Below, piece by piece: positions 8,682-15,002 of a stretch of DNA of 19,171 bases (the stretch's first letter is position 1; the number at the start of each line of letters is the position of its first letter). The stretch spans positions 1-19,171 of the forward strand of contig JAUWKS010000060.1 in the NCBI GenBank assembly GCA_030614005.1, read 5' to 3'. Position numbers and translations under genes: made by a program. The DNA comes from Candidatus Heimdallarchaeota archaeon. Its GTDB lineage: Archaea > Asgardarchaeota > Heimdallarchaeia > JABLTI01. The notes beneath the pieces were generated by a model. That model searched no databases. It was not told where the DNA came from and saw nothing but the letters and a program-made list of their open reading frames with translations.

Positions 8682-8737
8682 CTAGATCCTTGCGAATCTA
8701 GTGCCCAAAGGTTTAGAGCACTAAACTAATTAGTTTA
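8682..8737 (-). promoter_or_regulatory. Structured leader/operator region of the solute-binding-protein gene
   Basis: Perfect 16-bp palindrome TAAACTAATTAGTTTA (8722-8737) plus overlapping stems including CTAGATTC-GCAA-GGATCTAG (8682-8701), between a TATA-like box (8745-8754) and the start codon. Confidence 0.5.
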
Positions 8738-8789
8738 CATTGTCATTTAAAAAAGTTTTTGTCATTGTTAAAAATAGTATTTAATAGTC

Positions 8790-8869
8790 TTTTAGAGACA
8801 ATTAATCTAAAATAGTTAGAACGTTTAAAAATGTTTCTAGGGACAGTTTCCACTCCAGTTCTAGAGACA
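8790..8869 (+). repeat. Three short direct repeats, consensus TTYTAGRGACA
   Basis: TTTTAGAGACA 8790-8800, TTCTAGGGACA 8835-8845 and TTCTAGAGACA 8859-8869, in the divergent intergenic region. Confidence 0.5.
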
Positions 8870-9005
8870 GAACAGCAAAGCTAGTAACTATATTTATGCA
8901 GGTATTTGTGCTTTTAAGTGTAATTTATCATAATTAGTATCTAGGAATAAAATAAATAATCCCAACCCATATTATATTGTATGAAATTGCAAATAGGTTA
9001 GCATC

Positions 9006-9260
9006 TTGAGTGAAAAATTACAGAACAAATTTATCGAGAAATTTGAAGGACAGCTTATTCTTAAAGCAAAAGGTATGTCAAATAGTGAATTACGCGATGC
9101 CTTACTTGAAGTAAGAAAATCAAATAGAATGGAAGAAAATGAATCAGGAAACAGATTGGATATAGATTCTCAAAAGGATCTTTTAATGGAAGGGGTGTAC
9201 TCTCAAGAGCTAAAACATAGAGAGCTTTTAGAGTGGGCATTAAAGTCAGGAAAAAAATAA
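9006..9260 (+). CDS. Hypothetical small helical protein
   Basis: 84-aa ORF with TTG start and charged, protein-like composition; fills the gap and converges on the next gene. No family recognised. Confidence 0.65.
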   Translation: MSEKLQNKFIEKFEGQLILKAKGMSNSELRDALLEVRKSNRMEENESGNRLDIDSQKDLLMEGVYSQELKHRELLEWALKSGKK

Positions 9261-9273
9261 GCAAACATTCTAA

Positions 9274-10092
9274 TTAATTGGAACCTTCTTTTTGATTAAC
9301 CTCAGCTATTTTTTCATCTTGCATTTGTTGATCGTTTATGATGCTAGCACTTGAATTTTGTAAGGGAGAAGTTTGATTGCTTGATATTACTTTACTGAAG
9401 TCTTGTGTAATATCTTTCCAGCCAGGGCATTCATCATAGTTAGCCTTCCATTCACATTCTTCACAAGTTTTCTCCATATCTTTTCCTCGATGAAGGCTTA
9501 GCAAAACCATTGCACCTATAAGAAGAACACCTGCGGCTATTTTGAATGTCCAATGTTGTGAAAAGATAACTGCAATTAAAAATCCAGCAAATGCACCCCT
9601 ACTAAATTTATAGATATCATTGATGAAAAGAGAATATTTTCGTAATAGCAATGCTAAGGCTCCCGTAACACCAAACCCAATAGTAAACCACCAAAGATTA
9701 GGTATCCATAATCCTGTTGCAGTAAGAAAACTTCTTGCATCCAACCAGAATATAAATATCAAAACTGTAGCATACAATGGGGGATAACTTAAGGTACAAC
9801 CTCTGCAGAGACGAATTTTACCTATTTTAAAAACATGGTCGTTAAAAGTTTCACATTCAGGATGATGAGCGAGGGTCATAGAAATTACATTCCACGAAAA
9901 AAATAGTTTGATAAAATCAACTATAGTTTTCATTCTGGCTTTTCGTTTTTCCTTTTTTTCTGTAGGATCCCTTTGCTCAGAAGATGGGTTTATCTTTTGT
10001 ATTTCTTGTTTTTGTACCAAATCTGGAGAAATGGTTGAAGTAGCCACTAAATCAGTTTGGTTAGTATCTTGTTGATTGTTTTCGAGGGGCAT
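9274..10092 (-). CDS. Membrane protein with DUF2085-like His/Cys motif and a second Cys cluster
   Basis: HHPEC...HVFKIGKIRLCRGC, then about 4-5 hydrophobic segments, then CEECEWKANYDECPG; low-complexity Q/N/S-rich termini. Confidence 0.7.
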   Translation of the reverse strand: MPLENNQQDTNQTDLVATSTISPDLVQKQEIQKINPSSEQRDPTEKKEKRKARMKTIVDFIKLFFSWNVISMTLAHHPECETFNDHVFKIGKIRLCRGCTLSYPPLYATVLIFIFWLDARSFLTATGLWIPNLWWFTIGFGVTGALALLLRKYSLFINDIYKFSRGAFAGFLIAVIFSQHWTFKIAAGVLLIGAMVLLSLHRGKDMEKTCEECEWKANYDECPGWKDITQDFSKVISSNQTSPLQNSSASIINDQQMQDEKIAEVNQKEGSN

Positions 10093-10187
10093 ATAATGAA
10101 TCTCCCAATTTGCACTCCATTAAGGAAAGTGAATCAAGTAATAAAAAACTAGATTAATATTTATTAGTATTGTTTTAGATTAACTGA

Positions 10188-11168
10188 TTGGATGTGAGTG
10201 CAATATCAACCAAAGAAGATAGAAAAATAGTACTGTTATCAGGAGGAACCGGAACACCAAAATTGATTCTAGGTTTGAGGGAGTTTATACTTGATGAATC
10301 ATTTACGATTATTGGAAACACAGGGGATGATGATGAGTTTTATGGATTATTAGTTTCACCTGATATTGATACACTACTCTATCTTTTCACCGGAACTTTA
10401 GATTTGAAGAAATTCTGGGGATTAGAAAATGAATCATATGTTGCTATGAGTCAACTAACAACAATGAAAGAAGAAACTTGGTTTCGACTTGGTGACAAGG
10501 ATCTTGGTTTACATTTATTGAGGAATAAACTCCTACTTAGGGGGTGGAAAGTAACTGCTATTGTTTCAGAGATTTGTAATAGACTTGGAATAAAAGCAGA
10601 AATAATGCCAATGTCAAATGAACCAGTCCGGACAGTATTATTTGATTCACTCGGTTCTAAATATAGTTTTCAGGAGTATACTGTAAAAACGAAGGAGACT
10701 CCAATAATAGCAAAAGTTGAATATGAAGGTGCAGAAAAAGCTAACATTACTCCAGAAATGAAAAAAACTATTGCTAATAGTTCTACTATTATTATTGGAC
10801 CAAGTAACCCAATTACAAGCATTGGACCTATGTTGGCTATTAAAGAATTAAAAGACGCATTGATACAAACACGAGCGACAATTATCGCGGTATCACCTTT
10901 TGAAGGGGAAACAGCTTTCAGTGGTCCCGCAGCAAAATTAATGGTAACAGTGCATCATAAACCAAATGCTTATGGAGTAGCAAAATTATACAAAGATTTT
11001 CTTGATATAATTATCATAAGTGAAAAAGATAAGAAGTTAATTCCGAAAATAGCCAAACTTGGAATTAGAGCTATTTGTGCAAATATCTCACTAAAAACAC
11101 AACAAGAAAGAAAAAATTTTGCTGAAAAGATTTTGAGTATTATTACTGACAATGAGAACAAAATTTAG
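10188..11168 (+). CDS. cofD: 2-phospho-L-lactate transferase (F420 biosynthesis)
   Basis: LSGGTGTPKL, GNTGDD, SPDIDTLLY, WFRLGDKDLGLH, FQEY, IIGPSNPITSIGPML and FSGPAAKLM motifs. Confidence 0.92.
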   Translation: MDVSAISTKEDRKIVLLSGGTGTPKLILGLREFILDESFTIIGNTGDDDEFYGLLVSPDIDTLLYLFTGTLDLKKFWGLENESYVAMSQLTTMKEETWFRLGDKDLGLHLLRNKLLLRGWKVTAIVSEICNRLGIKAEIMPMSNEPVRTVLFDSLGSKYSFQEYTVKTKETPIIAKVEYEGAEKANITPEMKKTIANSSTIIIGPSNPITSIGPMLAIKELKDALIQTRATIIAVSPFEGETAFSGPAAKLMVTVHHKPNAYGVAKLYKDFLDIIIISEKDKKLIPKIAKLGIRAICANISLKTQQERKNFAEKILSIITDNENKI

Positions 11169-11220
11169 ATTCAAATCAAATAGGAAATATCTATCCTAGT
11201 CTTTCAGTTAATTGATTAGA

Positions 11221-12315
11221 TCAAGGTATTATTTCGCAACCATTGTTATATCCAGGATAATCAAAATCTTGTTTAGAAATAATTCCTACTTCAATTAGTT
11301 GCAAAACTTCTTTTTTAATTCCGCTCAATTCTTTGAGGAGATGTTTCACTGTGCTGCACACCTTAGTAAAACCTGCTTCACCCCATAATTTTGTTTTATT
11401 AATAAATAGACATCTACCACCGCAGTATTCAAAATCATCACATTGTGGACATGGATCTTCAACTTTCATAGAATTGTAAATCGACTCTGGGGTACTTTGT
11501 TTAATATCACCAACAAGAGAGAATTTGAACTCAGGCGATATTGGGCACACAGAAATCGTTCCATTGGGATTTATTGCAAAAGAATCAATACCTGCACCAC
11601 ATCTAATTGTACTGGGCAAATCGTAAAGAATAGATTTCATTAATGGAATGAATGGAACTAAACCAAAAACTATTCCTTTTTTCATATGCTCTAACCACCA
11701 CGAAACTAGGCGAGTTATTCCTGGATTATACGAAGTATCTACCCAGCTATCGAAATCACTCCATCGAGCGTGGGGGTCATCATCCCATTGACTATCAATT
11801 TGCCAGTGAATATGATCAAAAGTTGGTTTTTTGAGTGATGCCAAATGAGTAACTTCTAGATAAATATCTGAAACCTCAGAAACAGCCATCCGAGCAACTA
11901 AATCACTGGTGAAACCATTATCTCGAGTTGTACGACAATTATCAAGTACTTTAGTGTAATTCCCCGTTCCACGATTACTATCATTGATTTCTTGGCGCCC
12001 ATCTATTGAAATCAGAATAGCACTCATCCGTTTGAGATATTTGGATTTTACATTGTGGAGAAAAGTAGCATTTGTTTGCACGGACCAATGGCGGACATTT
12101 GGTATCGAATCCATAATTTCTTCCATAAGAGAGATCCTCAAAAGTGGCTCTCCACCATAAAACTGAATGGTTATATTCTCATCTCGAGACAAAAATGATT
12201 TTAGAACTTCTATAGGATAAGCAATATCAATTGGGGGTTCTTCAAAAGTAGCATCTTCTCCACAATATTTGCAATGAAGATTACAAGCACGAGTAAGAAT
12301 AACAAAGTAGTTCAT
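11221..12315 (-). CDS. Radical SAM/SPASM-domain protein, resembling the archaeal AF0577 (TIGR04084) family
   Basis: CNLHCKYC radical SAM motif, FYGGEPLL, ISIDG; SPASM cysteines CGAG..VCP..CPQC..CGGRC..C; C-terminal NNGCEIIP. Confidence 0.85.
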   Translation of the reverse strand: MNYFVILTRACNLHCKYCGEDATFEEPPIDIAYPIEVLKSFLSRDENITIQFYGGEPLLRISLMEEIMDSIPNVRHWSVQTNATFLHNVKSKYLKRMSAILISIDGRQEINDSNRGTGNYTKVLDNCRTTRDNGFTSDLVARMAVSEVSDIYLEVTHLASLKKPTFDHIHWQIDSQWDDDPHARWSDFDSWVDTSYNPGITRLVSWWLEHMKKGIVFGLVPFIPLMKSILYDLPSTIRCGAGIDSFAINPNGTISVCPISPEFKFSLVGDIKQSTPESIYNSMKVEDPCPQCDDFEYCGGRCLFINKTKLWGEAGFTKVCSTVKHLLKELSGIKKEVLQLIEVGIISKQDFDYPGYNNGCEIIP

Positions 12316-12393
12316 TTAGCATACCAAGAGGAAATTTGTTACCATTTGTCTTTAATAATTTCAGTTCAATAATTACCATATTAATTAAAGCTT

Positions 12394-12879
12394 CTAAGAT
12401 TCCAAATCTGCTAATATATCCACAGAGGATTTTTGGTTATCATCACTGATTTTATCCTCCAAGTAGGTTTCGTATAACTCTCCTTCACCACGATCTTGCT
12501 TCAAATACCGGTAATAAGCGCCAGTTATTAACCCGCCAATAGGTCCACCCACTATACCTGTGAGCATTATTGCTCCAGAAAAAACCATGAAGAAAAAGGG
12601 CCCGAATGCTATGTTTAAACTTTGGATATCATGATAAAACCAAAATAAAGGGATAAGCACTAAACCCAAAATAAAACTTGCAGGAATGCTAACAACGAAT
12701 CCATCATACATACAATTAATCATCGGTCTTTTCCTTTTGATTCCAACAAAAATACCGCCTACTACACCAGAAAAAAATAATGATGGAATAAGCAATGAAA
12801 GCATTTCAAAAGAAAGTGAAAATATTATACCTAATACTAAAATCACGAAAGCACCAATAAATAATGTTTGAAGACGCAA
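12394..12879 (-). CDS. Hypothetical membrane protein (about 4 TM, Gly-rich helices, acidic tail)
   Basis: Four hydrophobic segments with GxxxG-type motifs (GVVGG, GGPIGG) and an acidic C-terminus; TTG start; same strand as the radical SAM gene. Confidence 0.7.
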   Translation of the reverse strand: MRLQTLFIGAFVILVLGIIFSLSFEMLSLLIPSLFFSGVVGGIFVGIKRKRPMINCMYDGFVVSIPASFILGLVLIPLFWFYHDIQSLNIAFGPFFFMVFSGAIMLTGIVGGPIGGLITGAYYRYLKQDRGEGELYETYLEDKISDDNQKSSVDILADLES

Positions 12880-13184
12880 TTCAATCAGTCCTTAATGTAA
12901 GCATTAATTTACAAGCTGTAATTATAAAATATCTGTTTAGACAAATAATTAATTAAAACAGCAGGTTTTTCTTATAAAATGAAGAATAATCCTTTTTATA
13001 TAGCAAAGATGAAAGTCCAATAACGCTCATTGTATCTATTTCTTGCGTCAAACGTCAGTGTTAATAGACCTCCAAAAAGTTGCCTCGGACATTGAAACAA
13101 AAGAACTAAATAATACATCGGTTAAGCTATATTAACTAAGATAGTTTATATTCAATTATCCCGGGGGATTGCAAAGCAAAAACC

Positions 13185-13193
13185 TTATAAATA
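13185..13193 (+). promoter_or_regulatory. TATA box upstream of the winged-helix gene
   Basis: TTATAAATA preceded by A-rich BRE-like GCAAAAACC, about 77 nt before ATG 13270. Confidence 0.5.
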
Positions 13194-13269
13194 GAATTCA
13201 AATGTGCAAAACATAGAAACTAATTAAACATTAGGTACTAATAAAAAAAAAGGATGGCAGTGAAGAACA

Positions 13270-13716
13270 ATGATCACTGAATTATTAAACAGCTCAATAA
13301 AAGAACGAGAAGCAAGAATCAGACTTTCTGTTGAAAAGAAGAAAGGGACTAGAGGAAGAAAGAGAAGTAAGAAGACCATTAGAGTTCAAGAACTTATATT
13401 AGATACTTTATTCGTTAGTTGTAGACTAATGAGATCCTCCGAAATAAGAATAGCCGTAGGAAAGCGAGTAAAGGGTTTAAGCAACTATCTATTCTTCTCT
13501 GCACTAAGAGACCTTCAAACAAGAGGAGATATCGTAAAGCGAAAAAATCTTCTAAATATGAAATATACTTTTTACGCTCTCTCAAATATTGAAAGGCATA
13601 AAAGACAAGCATTCAGCTATCCAACGACCCAGATAAGCAATGTGCAAATAGAATATCGAACAACACTTCCCTATACTATGGAAGGGTTATTGTTGATGCC
13701 TCGATTCTTCTGGTAA
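13270..13716 (+). CDS. Putative winged-helix DNA-binding protein with very basic N-terminal segment
   Basis: VQELILDTL...MRSSEIRIAV...LFFSALRDLQTRGDIVKR..YTFYAL follows a wHTH helix/wing pattern; KKKGTRGRKRSKK basic patch. Confidence 0.6.
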   Translation: MITELLNSSIKEREARIRLSVEKKKGTRGRKRSKKTIRVQELILDTLFVSCRLMRSSEIRIAVGKRVKGLSNYLFFSALRDLQTRGDIVKRKNLLNMKYTFYALSNIERHKRQAFSYPTTQISNVQIEYRTTLPYTMEGLLLMPRFFW

Positions 13717-13741
13717 AAAGAAATTCACACAATAATAATCA

Positions 13742-13762
13742 GGCTGCGCAAAGAGTGCAGCC
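13742..13762. terminator. GC-rich hairpin between convergent wHTH and GTPase genes
   Basis: GGCTGCGC-AAAGA-GTGCAGCC (8 bp, one G-U on +) in an otherwise AT-rich spacer. Confidence 0.55.
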
Positions 13763-13826
13763 AATTCATTCATTTTAATGGAAGGAAGGAGAAACATTTT
13801 TTCTCAGTTTAGAAACATAAAGAGAA

Positions 13827-14513
13827 TTATTGATCGTTTATTTGATTAATCAAAACCCTCAATGGTAGTTGGAAACATTCGGGATCTTTAATAGTTGTTT
13901 CAAAAACTTCATATTCATTTCTTGTTGCTGTGCGAGCAAAATCTCCACCTAGATAAAGTCCTTTTGCAGAAAGGTCTTGTTTATTCATAAAAATAATTAC
14001 TGGAATTTGTATTCCAGATCGGATTTCTTCATGTTTTATTTTTTCAATATAGTAATTTAGGTATTCAATGGAAGAAACATTGGAACCATCTGCAAGCAAA
14101 ATAACAGCATCAGAACCTTTGAGACAAATTTCAGCCATAAAATCAAAACGTTCTTGACCTGCAGTATCAAATATTGAAAAAGTCATGAAACTATCAATAT
14201 CATCTCGAGATAGAAGATTATCAACGCCATCATTAATATCCATAATTTCGAATTGATTGCTTTTGGTGAAGATAACCATTGCACCTAATTGATTCATACT
14301 GACAGTTGTGGTTGATTCTTCAACATCTATTGGAGTATAAGTAAGATTAGCTTTGCCTTCAAGATAATCTTGTCTTTTTACATCTGAAACCACAAAGTCA
14401 TCACCAAAGAGTGATCGTAAGAACGAAGTTTTTCCGGATCCTGATGTTCCAAGAACGGTTATTTTCATTAAGCGGGAAACTTTTCCTTCCCGTAAAAGCT
14501 CGGCAACTGTCAA
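13827..14513 (-). CDS. Small GTPase, Ras superfamily (Rab/Arf/MglA-like)
   Basis: G1 GTSGSGKT, G2 STTTVSM, G3 DTAGQERF, G4 NKQD, G5 ETT. Start is uncertain: TTG 14513 has a GGAG SD 8 nt upstream; ATG 14579 and ATG 14468 are alternatives. Confidence 0.9.
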   Translation of the reverse strand: MTVAELLREGKVSRLMKITVLGTSGSGKTSFLRSLFGDDFVVSDVKRQDYLEGKANLTYTPIDVEESTTTVSMNQLGAMVIFTKSNQFEIMDINDGVDNLLSRDDIDSFMTFSIFDTAGQERFDFMAEICLKGSDAVILLADGSNVSSIEYLNYYIEKIKHEEIRSGIQIPVIIFMNKQDLSAKGLYLGGDFARTATRNEYEVFETTIKDPECFQLPLRVLINQINDQ

Positions 14514-14639
14514 TTTTATAACTCCAATATAATCTAATAACTCGGCAATAATATACAAGTTAACAATATCTAATATCATTTAAAGAGAATGTGAAGAAAA
14601 TATTCGGGGGGTCTAGTAAAACTATCAGCAGGTTTTTGT

Positions 14640-14657
14640 CGGAAAGGAGTTTTTCCG
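14640..14657. promoter_or_regulatory. Inverted repeat CGGAAA-N6-TTTCCG in the GTPase/tRNA-Gly divergent region
   Basis: Read directly from the sequence; regulator unknown. Confidence 0.3.
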
Positions 14658-14748
14658 TAAAAAAGAGAAAAAATAACAATTCTGCTAATTCAAATGTGCT
14701 TTCGAATAATATCAATTAATAAGAACACTATGAAAAATCCACATTTGG

Positions 14749-14762
14749 CGAAAGCTTTAAAG
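14749..14762 (+). promoter_or_regulatory. BRE/TATA promoter of tRNA-Gly
   Basis: CGAAAG-C-TTTAAAG, about 32 nt upstream of G1. Confidence 0.55.
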
Positions 14763-14792
14763 GTAAAAAAAAGTGAAAAAAAAACAACAAAT

Positions 14793-14901
14793 GCACTGAT
14801 GGTCTAGTAGTTATCTCTCGCGTTGAGTAACTGGACAGACTGGTCTAGGACTCCAGCCTTCCAAGCTGGGTACCCGGGTTCAAATCCCGGTCGGTGCACC
14901 A
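14793..14901 (+). tRNA. trnG: tRNA-Gly(TCC) with a 31-nt BHB intron (14808-14838) at position 15/16; CCA encoded
   Basis: Acceptor GCACTGA/TCGGTGC; D-stem GTCT/GGAC; anticodon arm CCAGC-CT-TCC-AA-GCTGG; T-arm CCGGG-TTCAAAT-CCCGG; A-CCA. The extra 31 nt in the D-loop fold as a bulge-helix-bulge. Confidence 0.93.
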
Positions 14902-14941
14902 TTCAATTCATTTCTCAAAGCATACACTCATTCATTCATAC

Positions 14942-14974
14942 TAATCTAAAAATAGTTAGAGAAGAATTTTAAAA
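14942..14974 (+). promoter_or_regulatory. Candidate operator TAATCTAAAAATAGTTAGA plus BRE/TATA of the nitroreductase gene
   Basis: TCTAA..TTAGA dyad, then GAAGAA-TTTTAAAA about 30 nt before the TTG start, consistent with a leaderless mRNA. A near-identical motif occurs at 8803-8820. Confidence 0.45.
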
Positions 14975-15002
14975 GTGACGAAACATCAATTACTAGATTA
15001 CT

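Noticed and set aside
13045-13058. Tandem TGACG motifs on the minus strand resembling eukaryotic bZIP sites
   Set aside because: Too short, single occurrence, no supporting context.
12959-14699. Integrated element bounded by 12-13 bp direct repeats next to tRNA-Gly
   Set aside because: No integrase or transposase; the repeats do not match the tRNA 3' end and lie on its 5' side. Kept only as candidate regulatory motifs.
14800-14848. TGGTCTAG direct repeat suggesting a partial tRNA duplication or pseudogene
   Set aside because: Both copies are normal parts of the Gly D-arm; the intervening sequence forms a BHB and its removal gives a complete cloverleaf.
6536-14901. Long inverted match GGGTTCAAATCCCGG...GCACCA between two loci
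   Set aside because: It is the conserved T-arm and 3' end of two different tRNAs on opposite strands, not att sites or terminal inverted repeats.
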